Shown here in pieces: positions 1 to 12,011 of a stretch of DNA of 64,000 nt. The stretch's first letter is position 1, and each line of letters starts with the position of its first letter. Location of the stretch: contig NC_135819.1 in assembly GCF_964213995.1 (NCBI RefSeq), positions 36,394,001 to 36,458,000 of the forward strand, read 5' to 3'. Source of the stretch: Mustelus asterias (lineage: Eukaryota). The notes under the pieces were generated by a model. That model ran no database searches. It worked only from the letters and a program-made list of their open reading frames with translations, and was not told where the DNA came from. Made by a program: the position numbers and the translations under genes.

Positions 1-625
1 GCAGGACCTATTGGGGGACGCGATTGGTGGGGGGGAACCCGCTACCATTCTGCCAGAGGATCTGTGGGGGAGGGAGGGAGTGAGGGCGATTGGGGCTGGC
101 CATCTGGGTGGGGGTGGCGGTGGACCGGGGCTGCCAGGATGGTCATCAGGGGTGGGTGGGGGTGAGGGGGGAGGTCAGGACTGTTAGGGAGAGGAGGTGG
201 GTCAGGAGATTAGGGCTGGTGGGAGTGCGGGGGACAAAGGGGCTGGTCCTGGGAAGTCCTGGAGGCCAGCGATCAGTGGGTGGATGGGGTCGGCAGGCCA
301 GCAATGGAGATTGTGGGGCTGGCCAGCGATTGGACTGGCCAGTGGTCTGGAGGCCGGCAATGGGGAGGGGGTTACTGTGCATACGCTGATCTCCACTCTG
401 ACAGATCGGCGCACGCGCAGTGGCCCACTCAGCGCTATGCTGCTGGCCTCTCGGGCGGGAAGAGGCCCTGCCCCCAGATTTCCACAGTGAATCCCGCTAC
501 GGCACTCTGTGATGTGCAGAGTGTCAGAGATTCATTCTGGAAATCATGCTAAAAAAACCCAATGGGAATCACTCCCATTTTCCCGCACGTTGGGAACTTA
601 GAATTTCTTTGGAGACTCCCGGCCC
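1..625. mobile_element. Non-autonomous GC-rich DNA transposon (Harbinger/MITE-like), right part
   Basis: Shares an internal block (tactgygcatrcgctgatct...gacagatcggcgca...cagtggc) and terminal structure with 48220-49240. Confidence 0.6.
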
Positions 626-1065
626 TTATATTTTCCCAATTTTCCAACCTTTCCCTCACCATTCCAATCCTCCACCTGTCTCTCATCCTTTTCCAGTATT
701 TATTTTCTTCAATCTGTTCCGTTGTTTCTTGCCAGTTGCATTGGTCTTTGGGTGTTTTAAACTTAATATGTTATTTCCCTGGATACCATATTGCATTTGC
801 CATTTATTTTGTCATAACAATCTTTTTTCAGCGATTGAACCAATTGATGTGATTTCAGCGACTTGTTCTTCAATATTAAACAGCAGAATTGACCTTTACA
901 GGGATATCTACTCTCAGAACTCCAAAATCTAATTTAGAATATGTTCAATTTTGATACTCCACCAATTAGATTGTGTAAAATACAATTCACGCAATTTACC
1001 AATAATAAACCAATCACCAGAGAGGATAGTTACAATTGCATATATCATCATCATTCAATCAATGT

Positions 1066-1391
1066 TAGAATAGAATAGAATCCCTACAGTGCAGAAGGAG
1101 GCCCTCTGGCCCATCAAGCCTGCACCAACAACAATCCCACACAGGCCATATCCCCGTAAGTCCACACATTTACCCTGCTAGTCCCTCTGACACTAACGGG
1201 TAATTTGGCACGGCCAATCAGCCTGACCCACACATCTTCGGACTGTGGGAGAAAACCGGAGCACCCGGAGGAAACCCACGCAGACACGGGGAGAACGTGC
1301 AAACTCCACACAGACAGTGACCCAAGCCGGGAATCGAACCTGGGTCCCTGGCGCCGTGACGCAGCAGTGCTAACCACTGTGCTACCGTGCT
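1066..1391 (-). mobile_element. HE1-type V-SINE (tRNA head, V core, CR1-like tail)
   Basis: A/B-box head, V-domain ctgcgtgggtttcctccgggtgctccggttt, and an (attct)n tail. Confidence 0.9.
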
Positions 1392-1452
1392 GTTGAAGTG
1401 GGATTTTTCGGATGTGTCACAATTAAGCTTCCCTGAATCATTCGAGCCCTAC

Positions 1453-1545
1453 CTTGTATATCACGTTGATATTTTTGCCCAAAGGGTCTGCGTTGATGAA
1501 GGCAATCTTCAAAGGAACAGCATTTGAGGTGAAATAGGAACATGC
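1453..1545 (-). CDS. pik3c2g: PI3K-C2gamma kinase N-lobe exon: [31 protein letters not shown]
   Basis: Acceptor ctttctctttgcgaatag and donor aag|gtaggg; 93 nt. CSYFxSNAxPLK P-loop, ending at the conserved Lys. The GDDLRQD exon was not found in 1-1452 and probably lies left of the window. Confidence 0.95.
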
Positions 1546-1789
1546 CTATTCGCAAAGAGAAAGACGTAGAAAGATAAATATCATCACCAATTGCTAACAC
1601 TTGTATTAGAACAACATTTGAATCAGATACAGATAGTGAGATGTCCAACTTGATTGCTTTAGCAAAACAGCCAACAAAGACCGATGCACTAAATGATATT
1701 CTTTTGTTCATCCGATTTAGTTTAAGTTTCTTTCCGAGCTTTAACGCATAATTTAGTGGCTGGCGCTTCTGTTCACTACTGAGGCATTG

Positions 1790-2010
1790 TGGCTTTGTAG
1801 GAGGTTCCTACTTTTCAGGTAGGAAGTTAAATTGAATCCCTGTCTTTCTGTTAATGTGTATGGAAAATATCCCATGGAAAAGAGCAGGGAGTTCTCCATA
1901 CTGACCTGGCCAACATGAATCCCGTAACCCCTTCTCCAGAAATGGACTGGCTGGTCATTTATCCCATTCCCATTTGTGGAATCATGCTCTTCATAAATTG
2001 TTTGCCATGT
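1790..2010 (+). mobile_element. Old DeuSINE (SacSINE1/AmnSINE-like) fragment
   Basis: atcccatgg...aagagcagggagttctcc...cctggccaa...ctggtcattt...tttgtgg resembles the Deu core. Confidence 0.55.
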
Positions 2011-2099
2011 TGGCCTGAAAAAACACCCAATGATGATGGGTGGAATTTTCCATTCTGACGACTGACTGTGGTGTGGGTGGGATGAGTGGTTTGATTCCA

Positions 2100-3163
2100 A
2101 TTGGGGGGGTGGGTGGGATTTGGCCTGGGCCTCGGCACCTCCCTCTGCGACTGGATCCTGAACTTCCGAACCCACAGGCCACAATCAGTAAGGATAGGCA
2201 ACAACACCTCCTCCACGATCATCCTCAACACCGGTGCCCCACAAGGCTGTGTTCTCAGCCCCCTACTATACTCCTTATACACCTATGACTGTGCGGCCAA
2301 ATTCCCCTCCAACTCGATTTTCAAGTTTGCTGACAACATCACCGTAGTGGGTCGGATCTCAAACAATGACGAGACAGAGTACAGGAATGAGGTAGAGAAT
2401 CTGGTGATCTAGTGCGACAACAATAATCTCTCCCTCAATGTCAACAAGACGAAGGAGATTGTCATCAACTTCAGGGAACGTAAAGGAGAACATGCCCCTG
2501 TCTACATCAACGGGGACGAAGTAGAAAGGGTCGAGAGCTTCAAGTTTTTAGATGTCCAGATCACCAACAACCAGTCCTGGTACCCCCATGCTGACACTAT
2601 AGTCAAGAAAGTCCACCAATGTCTCTACTTTCTCAGAAGACTAAAGAAATTTGGCCTGTCAGCTACGACTCTCACCAACTTTTACAGATGCACCACAGAA
2701 ACCATTCTTTCTTGTTGTATCACAGCTCTGCCCAGGACCGTAAGAAACTACAAAAGGTCATGAATGTAGCCCAATCCATCACGCAAACCAACCTTCCATT
2801 CATTGACTCTGTTTATACTTCCCGCTGCCTCGGCAAAGCAGCCAGCATAATTAAGGACCCCACGCACCTCGGACATTCTCTCTTCCACCTTCTTCCATCA
2901 GGAAAAAGATGCAAAAGTCTGAGATCGCGTACCAACCATCTCAAGAATAACTTCTTCCTTGCTGCTATCAGACTTTTGAATGGACCTACCTTGCATTAAG
3001 TTGATCTTTCTCTACACCCTAGCTATGACAGTAACACTACATTCTGCACTCTCTCGTTTTCTTCATTATGAACGGTATGCTTTGTCTGTATAGCGCGCAA
3101 GAAACAATACTTTTCACTCTATGTTAATACATTTGACAATAATAAATCAAATCAAATCAAATC
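2100..3163 (+). mobile_element. 5'-truncated Rex1/Babar LINE (RT C-terminal half, degenerate)
   Basis: LCDWILNF...[19 protein letters not shown]...KFADN..VVGRI; stops and frameshifts; (aatca)n tail. Confidence 0.88.
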
Positions 3164-3345
3164 TTGTGCCTGATTGTATGTTTAGAACCGCATTAATAAT
3201 CCGTTGGCAAGCCACTCTCCAAATTACATAATGAGGCAGGCACTGATTTGTTCAACCTATTGGGGTCAAAGGACCTGTTGCCATATTTAAATGCCACCTG
3301 AACACACACATTCGCTCTCTGGTTTTGTGGTCTGTACGTCCTGAC

Positions 3346-4035
3346 ATGGCCCTCAGGAGAATAGAGCCACACGCGTGCTCCAAGGTTCAGCCCCAAATCT
3401 CTGCTGGCTCGTCTCAAAACTGTCCACAAATCCATGATGCCCTCTTCTCGAGGGATGGAACCAGGAGGTCCACCCATGTCACCTCATCAGGCTGGGAGGG
3501 GGTCGTAATGGAGGTCTGTGCCATTGGGACCCAAAAAAGAAATACCCTGCTGTGTGGGAAGTGGAAGAATGATCTCATCTGCTCTGGCAGGGTAAGTCAA
3601 CCTACTGCAATCAGACACACAAAAGGTTACACTGCTCAGGGATCTCACACACGGTTAGCAGAGGAGTGTTAAATGTCTGATTTACAACCTGCAGAAACCA
3701 CATTGTCAGCCTTTACCAGGGAGGGCTCAGCACACACAAGCAGGGACATGCATGTTTCCCAACCTCTGCTCCAGCCCTTCTCATCACATCCCATCCTGCT
3801 GTCTTCATACAGGCCAAGCTCGCCCACAACCAGAGGGAGGGGTCCCAGGCAGGAGGAGGGATGGTGGACTTCTCAGAGTTCACTTCCTTTGAGGAGGAGG
3901 CAGCTGAGTTGGCAGGGGGCTGGTGGACGGGGTGATGGGGGAGGGGTGATGGTTGATGGGGGAGGGGTGATGGGGGTGTGTGTGATAGGGATCACTCCTG
4001 TGGCGAAGGTGAGATCAGCCTCCCCCAGTACGGAT
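3346..4035 (+). pseudogene. Harbinger-type Myb/SANT-like gene remnant with an intron (exon 1 about 3346-3591, exon 2 from 3813)
   Basis: Exon 1 reads RAPRFS...HDALF...GWE.V..EV...CGKWKNDL..SGR|gtaagt; exon 2 reads cag|AKLAHNQRE.SQAGGG....FTSFEEEAAELAG. Frameshifted. Confidence 0.7.
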
Positions 4036-4079
4036 GAAAATTCCTTGTGTTGATGACATCACGATATTCGCAGTGAGTG

Positions 4080-4852
4080 ATTTAATTTTTTTATTATTGA
4101 TTATTGTCACATGTATTGGAATACAGTGAAAAGTATTGTTTCTTGCGTGCTATACAGACAAAGCCTACTGTTCGTAGAGAAGGAAACGAGAGAGTGCCGA
4201 ACGTAGTGTTACTGTCATAGCTAGGGTGTAGAGAAAGATCAACTTAATGCAAGGTAGGTCCATTCAAAGTCTGACAGCAGCAGGGAAAAAGCTGTTCTTG
4301 AGTCGGTTGGTACGTGATCTCAGTGATGCGCGATATAACTCACGAGGCTAGAGGTACTTGGGGAAATAAAGGCTATTATTGACTACAACAATAGAGCTAC
4401 CATATATAATATACGATCCCAGACTAAAGGGTCACCAGGCAGAGCAGTGACCTTTATACCTCTCCCAAGAGGCGGAGCCCGACTGGGATGTACCATAAGA
4501 ACTATATTACAGGTAGAACAGCCCAACCCTAACCCCAACAGTAACATGTAGAACAGCCCAACCCTAACCCCAACAGTAACATATATACAGACTCATAGTA
4601 CTGGTCAGACCCTGGCTCAGCACTACCTGGTGGGAACCAACAATGGTTCACCACACTCAGACTTTTGTGTCTTTTTTCCTGACGGAAGAAGGTGGAAGAG
4701 GGTATGTCTGGGATTCGTGGGATCCTTGCTTATGCTGGCTACTTTTCTGAGGCAGCTGGAATTGTAGACAGAGTTAATGGATGAGAGGCTGATTTGAGTG
4801 ATGGGCTGGGCTTCGTTAAGGACCCTTTGTAGTTTATTGTAGTCTTGGATAG
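4080..4852 (-). mobile_element. Rex/Babar 3' fragment interrupted by a solo LTR
   Basis: Reverse complement of the 2740-3160 tail; continuous across the 4324-4655 insertion. Confidence 0.8.
4324..4655 (-). mobile_element. Solo LTR (Gypsy-like), 332 bp
   Basis: TG...CA ends and a 5-bp TSD CTCAG (4319-4323 and 4656-4660). TATAAAGG on the minus strand. Internal 35-bp tandem duplication at 4513-4582. Confidence 0.85.
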
Positions 4853-4898
4853 TGAGGTACAATATTGCATTCTGCCAGCTCGTGAACTAAATCTATCT

Positions 4899-5246
4899 GG
4901 GGCGGCACGGTAGCACAGTGGTTAGCACTGCTGCTTCACAGCTCCAGGGTCCCTGGTTCGATTCCCAGCTCGGGTCACTGTCTGTGTGGAGTTTGCACAT
5001 TCTCCTCGTGTCTGCGTGGGTTTCCTCCGGGTGCTCCGGTTTCCTCCCACAGTCCAAAGATGTGCGGGTTAGGTTGATTGGCCAGGTTAAAAATTGCCCC
5101 TTAGAGTCCTGGGATGCACAGGTTAGAGGGATTAGCGGGTAAATATGTGGGGGTGGGGCCTGGGTGGGATTGTGGTCGGTGCAGACTCGATGGGCCGAAT
5201 GGCCTCCTTCTGCACTGTAGGGTTTCTATTCTATGATTTCTATGAT
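4899..5246 (+). mobile_element. HE1-type V-SINE, full length
   Basis: Runs from ggcggcacggtagcacagtggttagcac to a ttctatgatttctatga tail. Confidence 0.92.
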
Positions 5247-6227
5247 CTCTTCCAGACACCAACAGGCCCAGACATGGGTCCAAACAGACTATCAGCCCCA
5301 GCAACCAGTAAATCCTGAGAATCTGGAAGATGCTGCATAAAAAGCAAGTTTCTCCTTCATACACTGCTCACGAGCAAGCAATGGTTAACTAAGGGAAAAT
5401 AATGAAGCCTTGATTTTCTAATGAGATTAATGCCAATCATAATTTCTAGGTCCAAATCTTAGAAAAAGAAACCTGAAAATTAGCTCACGCCAAGCCTAAA
5501 AAAAGGTTGTGTGTCAGCATAATACACCATGCAAATATAATACACACCCTCCCGCATTAGCAGAAAGTTAATCATATTTAAGTAATAACCGTTTTGCATG
5601 GGCTCATAAGATGTTTCTATAGAAACAATTCCGAGGTGTATGCCAAATGCATTGGGGCCTGCTTCCCTGTGCTTTGAATCGCTATGTCAAACTAATCACA
5701 GCAAAGCGCCTCATTTAAACAACTAACAAATTATTTTGTTTGACTGCTTGCTATCCAACATTGAGAGTCGAGGTTGTGGAACTGAAGCAATTTTGCTCGA
5801 AGCACAGGCCTTAAGGCTACTGCACTCTTGTAATTTATTTCCCTTGTGACTTCGAGACATCAGAGAACGCGGATCATTAAATTCACCTCACTCTGCGTTG
5901 GATTTCAATTTATTTTCTAATTTAAAAATCAGCATTCCGTTCTGTTGAGCGAATGTGAACATTTAACCCTTTCAGGCAGCAACATGTAACGTGTAAAAGG
6001 GAGATGTCAGTGCACTTACGACCGCTTGGAATTCTGAGAAGTTTTGACTCTGGCATATTTTTGTTGTAGTGCAAAAAACAAAGATTTAGATCCGTCAGAA
6101 AGGCTATTTAATTTTCTAATTAGCTTGGCTCAGTTAGTAACACATTCCAAGGACTGCGGGTGAGATGTGAATCCAGACTCTTGGGTGACATTTCAATGCA
6201 CGCCTGAAGGGTTGCTGCATTTGCCTT

Positions 6228-6525
6228 GGGTGGCCCAGTGGTTAGCACTGCTGCCTCACAGTGCTAAGGCCCCGGGTTCGATTCCCGGCTTGGGTCACTG
6301 TCTGTGTGGATTCTGCACATTCTCCCCGTGTCTGCGTGGGTTTACTCCGGGTGCTCCGGTTTCCTCCCATAGTCTGAAAGATGTGCTGGTCAGGTGCATT
6401 GGCCATGCTAAATTCTCCCTCAGTGTACCCGAACAGGCGCCGGAGTGTGGCGACCAGGGGATTTTCACAGCAACTTCATTGCAGTGTTAATGTAAGCCTA
6501 CTTGTGACACTAATAAATAAGCTTA
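6228..6525 (+). mobile_element. V-SINE subfamily B (alternative tail ...cttgtgacactaataaataa)
   Basis: Same head and V core as HE1 but a different 3' third. Confidence 0.88.
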
Positions 6526-6879
6526 ATTTTTCAGGTGACAGGCAACTGCACTTTGTCTTCTGCGTGAAGAATCATAATGGAAATACTTGCCAGCTCATTT
6601 GCCATTGTAATAATTTTTACAACTATCGAAAGAAGGAGCCTGCGTTTATATACCTTTAATCTTTTCAGGATATCGCAAAGTACTCGATGAATTCACTAAA
6701 TGAATTACTTTGGAAGTGCAGTCAGTGTTACGTAGGCCAAAATGACAGCCAATCTTTGCACAGAAAATGAGCAACTCATTGTATTTTGTGCTATAGGTTA
6801 GGGAAGGAGGGATATAACCAGGATACCAGGTGAATGTCCCATTCTTTTTCTTTTTTGATTCTAAGCTGAATAGCCTACT

Positions 6880-8280
6880 CGACATCCCCAAGACCACTTA
6901 CTGCCACCTCTGTAAAACTGCCCATCTCTCCTGCTGTCTCATCCATAGTTTTGTTACCTCTAAACAGGTACAAAGTTCCATGAAAGTGGTGTCACAGGAG
7001 GCAGGGTGGTGAAAAAGGCATTTGGCAAACTTGCCTACATCAGTCACAGCATTGAGTGCAGGAGTTGGGACGGTGTATTACAAACTGCACAAGATATTGG
7101 TAAGGCCTCATTAAGGAGTACTGCGTACAATTCTGGTCACCCTGCTCTCGGAAGGATGTTAGGCCACATTTGGAGTACTGTGTCCAGTTCTGGTCGCCGC
7201 ACTACCAGAAGGACGGCTTTCGAGAGAGTGCAGAGAAGGTTTACCAGGATGTTGCCTGGTATGGAGGGTCTTAGCTATGAGGAGAGATTGGGTAAACTGG
7301 GCTTGTTCTCCGTGGATGACGGAGAATGAGGGGAGACCTAATAGAGGTGTACAAAATTATGAAGGGTATAGATAGGGTGAACAGTGGGAAGCTTTTTCCC
7401 AGGTCGGAGGTGACGATCATGAGGGGTCACGGGCTCAAGGTGAGAGGGGAGAGGTATAACTCAGATATCAGAGGGACGTTTTTTACACAGAGAGTGGTGG
7501 GGGCCTGGAATGCGCTACCAAGTAGGGTGGTGGAAGCAGACACGCTGACATCGTTTAAGACTTACCTGGATAGTCACATGAGCAGTCTGGGAATGGAGGG
7601 ATACAAACAAATGGTCGAGTTGGACCAATGAGTGGCACAGGCTTGGAGGGCCGAAGGGCCTGTTTCCTGTGCTGTACTGTTCTTTGTTCTTTGTTATTAA
7701 ACTGGAATGGGTGCAAAAAAGATGTGCAAGGATTTTACAGGGACTGGAAGGTTTGGATTATAAAGAGAGGCTGGATAGGCTGGTATTTTTTCCCTAGAGT
7801 GTAGGAGGATGAGGGGTGACCTTATATAAAATCATGAGGGGCATTGATGAGGTGAATAGGCAAGGTATTTTCCCCAGGGTAGAGGAGTCCAAAACTAGAA
7901 GGTGTAGGTTTAAGGTGAAAGGGGAAAGATTTAAAAGGGAGCCGAGGGGCAATTTGTTCACACAGAGGGTGGTACGTATATGGAATGAGCTGCCCAAGGA
8001 GGTGGTAGAGGCGGGTACAATTACAACATTTCAAAGACATTTGGACAGGTAAATGGATGGGAAAGGTTTAGAGGGGTATGGGCCAAACACAGGGCAAATG
8101 GAAACCTGGTCGGCATGGACGAGTTGGGCCGAAGGGCCTGTTTCCATGCTGTATCTCTTCATGACTCTAAACCTCGAGACTATTCCATTGCTCTCCTGCC
8201 TCACCTGCCATCTCTCCTCCCCCCTCCATAAACCTGAGCCCATCCAAAACCCTGCTGCCCATATCCTAACTCGCGCCTCA
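6880..8280 (+). mobile_element. Nested L2 remnant > older CR1 (6966-8164) > young CR1 3' end (about 7158-7693)
   Basis: The L2 motif LIHSFVTS..DYSIALL...IQNPAAHILTR is split by a CR1 with an 8-bp TSD CTCTAAAC. The CR1 C-terminal motif RGDLIEVYKIM-like occurs twice. Confidence 0.8.
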
Positions 8281-8599
8281 GACCTGTCCACTCAGCACCC
8301 ACAAAATAAAATGTGAATTGGGCATTGTTCGGAAGGTGCTGATTCTGAATATTTCATCATGTTTCTTAACACAAATGTCTGTAGCTCCAGCCAAAGAACA
8401 GCGACAAAAAAAAGCACTCCCCTCAAGGAGTTTTCAGAACTGCCCCGGATCCTTTTTGTTCTTCTCGATGTCTAAAACGCTGACTAAGTCAGAATACTGA
8501 AGGAGCTTTTAATTTAAGTGCCGCTCCCATAATAATGAAAGGAAAGAAAGTATGGATAAGAATCTCACCCTCCCGGTTTTTCAAGTTAGGTGTCAGTTT

Positions 8600-9210
8600 A
8601 CCTTGGTACTACTAGCTTGCTCACCTCCAAGTCAATGCTGATGAGCTTTTCAGCCCTGACCTAGAGTTTGAGCAGCTAACCTAGGCTAACCCTTCAGTGC
8701 AGTACTGAGAGTGTGCTACATTATTAGAAGCACTGACTATGGGGTGTAGTGTAAACTGAAACCCTACCTAATGGTGCAGGTGGACATAAAGAAATTCCAT
8801 TCCCAATGTCACATTACTTGAAGAAGAGCAGGTTACTTGGTCAACATTTATCCCTGAATCCTGATCACCAGAATCATTTACCTGGTCAGTTATCTCATTT
8901 GCTGTTTGTTGGACCTAGCCATGTACAAAGTGGCTATCTGTAAACTAACAATAACTTCAAGAGGCAGCTGGATATAGCACTTGGGGTGAATGGGATCAAA
9001 GGTTATGGGGAGAAAGCAGGATTAGGCTATTGAGTTGGACGATCAGTCATGATCGTAATGAATGGCGGAGCAGACTCGAAGGGCCCAATGGCCTCCTCCT
9101 GTTCCTATCTTCCATGTTTCCACTTCATTGTCTGCAATTCATTGGCTGTGAAGTGCTTCAAGAGTTACTGAGGATGTGAAAGATGCTATACAAATGCAAC
9201 GTGTTTCATC
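8600..9210 (+). mobile_element. DeuSINE (SacSINE1-like) interrupted by a CR1 3' end (about 8955-9120)
   Basis: cagtgcagtactgag...gtggacataaaga...gaagaagagcagg...tttgctgtttgt, then resumes at cattggctgtgaagtgctt...gctatacaaatgcaa. Confidence 0.7.
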
Positions 9211-9679
9211 TACCTCACCTCATAGCTTAAGGACATACAAAAATGAAGCATAGGAAAAGACTATTCCTGCCCCGTACTGTTAAGGTGTAGCTCATGCAAA
9301 TCATCTGCTCCCTTAACCAGTACGGGCTAAACCTCCTGGGAGCCTTAAACGCTTAGGCTGATTTTGGGAGAAAATATCCCTTGAGAAATTCTTCTCTAAC
9401 TCCTGAAGATGTTCAAAGAGGTTCCAAGAGTCCACAGTGACTGGTTGACACTTTCCCCATATCCAATTTACACTTGCACTGTGTGCAGATGGTAGGAAGC
9501 TAAAATAAAATTAAAAAGTTGGAAATACTCGGCAGGTCTGGCAGCATCAATGGATTTTTGCAGAGTCAGGTCTTTCAAAAGGGCAAGTGAGCCATTTCTG
9601 GGATTCCCAATCCCACTTCTGGCCTCATTTTGAATGCTTGGTTGAGCTACAAGACTCACTAATGGATCAGATGTGCAGA

Positions 9680-10282
9680 GTCAACATCCTGGAGGTGGTT
9701 ACCATTGACCAGAAGCGAAACTATGTCAGACATAAAAATAATGTGGCGACAAGAGGAGGCCAGAGGCCAGAAATTCTGCAGAGTGTAACTCATCTCCTGA
9801 TTCCCCAAAATCTGTCCACCATTTTTCGGGCACATGTCAGGAGCGTGAGTGAAGACTCCCCACTTACCTGGAAGAGTGCAGTTCCAACACCCCCCCCTAT
9901 CCACCAAGCTAAAGTTTCATTCCATACACCACCAATGCACCGTGGCAGCAATGTGTACCATCTACAAGATGCAGTGCAGCAACTCACCAAGGCTCCTTAG
10001 ACAACATCTTCGAAACCTGTGACCTTCACCACCTGGAAGGTCAAAGGCAGCCGATACATGGGGACACCACCGCAGCAAATTCCTCTTCGAGTCACTCACC
10101 ATCCTGACTTGGAAAAATTCGCTGTCACTGGGTCAAAATCCTGGAATTCCTTCCTGAGCAACACTGTGGGTGTACCTACAGCGGTTCAAGAAGGTAGCTC
10201 GCCACCATCTTATCAAGGGCAACCAGGGATGAATGCTGGCCTAGCCAGTGATGCTCATACCCCATGAATGAATAAATAAAAA
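9680..10282 (+). mobile_element. CR1-clade LINE 3' fragment (distinct family; tail shared with SINE family C)
   Basis: Reads VTIDQK.NY..H..NVATR.GQR...THLL.PQ.LSTI..A.VRS; tail gctggcctagccagtgatgc..atgaatgaataaa. Confidence 0.75.
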
Positions 10283-11071
10283 CTCATGAGGCTCTGCATG
10301 ACGCTGGCCAGACACAGAAGGAGCTCATGTGCTTAAAGTCCTGAGATAGAGTTGAGTTCACCTGCTCCACGGATAGAGATTGCAAAGTCTCAGGGAACTC
10401 CAGCTGTTGGCCACATCTGCTTTTGTTGCTCTAAGTATTGAGTCCCAAACCATGACTCCAGATGCCCTTGCTCATTGTTCCGTGGAGCATCACGGTGACT
10501 CTGCTTCCTCTTTTGAGGGGCCTGTGCTTACATGCCTCTGCCTTAGACACTTTCTCCTGCACACTGGTGCTGCGTTCCTTATCTAGTGCCTTTGACTCCA
10601 CCACCATGAATGCCAGCGAGGCATGGGTTGATACTGTGCTGCAACATTCTTGGGGCCAGATCTCCTTGAGGGGCACGTGTGGATTGGTGTGAAGTGAAGC
10701 TAAGAGTAGCGAGGGGGGTGTTCAGTGGTTGCACTCCTCTGTCGATGTTGTAGGGGTGGGACTGTATGAGGGGAACTAGAGTTTTGGGCTCTTGGAGGGG
10801 GAGCAGACCCTAAGCTGAGCCGCTGTGCTTCATTGTAGCCCTGAGCTGGGACCAGGAGGGGGAGCCTCTTGTAGGGGAGAGCAGAGACAGGTTTGTCCAG
10901 CAGTCCCTCATGCCTGGGTGTCAGAGAGGGCACAGCAGCTCTCATAGGGAGCCTGCAATGGGTTCAAATTTTACTGTCATTAACTTCATGCTGGGCCAAC
11001 AATAACAGGTAGATAAATGACATTTATTCTGCATAGTTTGAAGTTCAGTCAATACTTTCAAATGTTTGCAT

Positions 11072-11935
11072 AGGGGAAGCAGTGGTACTGTCACTGGGCT
11101 CATAATCCAGAGACCCAAGGTAGCGCTCTGTGGACCCAGGTTCGAATTCCACCATGGCAGATGATGGAATTTAAATTCAATAAATTCTGGAATTAAAAGT
11201 TGAATGATGACCATGAAACCATTGCCAAGTGTCGTAAAGAGCCACCTGGTTCACTAATACCTGGTCTGGCCTACATGTGACTCCGGATTCTCAGCAATAT
11301 GGTTGACTCTGAACCGCCCTCTGAAGTGGCCTAGCAAGCCACTCAGGTGTCACCAGTACAAAGAAAGCAGCAAGGAATGAAATAGTAAGGAACACCCGGC
11401 ATCGACCTAGGCACTTAAAACGACCAAGGCAAAGACAAACCTAGCTCTATCGACCTTGCAAAGTCCTCCTTACTAATATCTGGAACAAGCTGCCAGAGGT
11501 AGTAGTAGAGGCGGGTACAATTTTGTCTTTTAAAAAGCATTTAGACAGTTACATGGGTACGATGGGTATAGAGGGATATGGGCCAAATGCGGCAATTGGG
11601 ATTAGCTTAGGGGTTTTAAAAAAAAAGGGCGGCATGGACAGGTTGGGCCGAAGGGCCCGTTTCCATGCTGTAAACCTCTATGACTCTATCTGCGGTCTTG
11701 TGGCTACTACCATGTGATACCTGGGAACACTACCACCTGGAGGTTCCCCCAACCATCCTGACTTGGAAATATATCGCTCTTCCTTACCCATCGCTGGGGC
11801 AAAATCCTGGAATTCCCTCTCTAACAGCACTGTGGGTGCACCTACACCTCAGGGGTCAAGACTGCAGTGATTCAAGAAGGCAGCTCACCCCCACCTTCCT
11901 AAGGATGGGCCTGGCCAGCGATGCCCACATACCAT
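11072..11935 (+). mobile_element. tRNA-headed element (SINE-C head + APE-like start + LINE 3' end), with a CR1 fragment inserted at about 11484-11690
   Basis: B-box ggttcgaattcc; RPCKVLLTNIW at 11451-11483; 11715-11935 matches the 10060-10270 LINE tail. Confidence 0.65.
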
Positions 11936-12011
11936 CAATTTATATAATAGTTCAATCAACCAGGGTCATCTTTATAAATATGTCACCATTTCTTTTTATA
12001 CGTGAACTTAC

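Noticed and set aside
4899-4975. tRNA genes at SINE heads (also 19316 and 11072)
   Set aside because: A/B boxes are present but run into SINE bodies; no complete cloverleaf.
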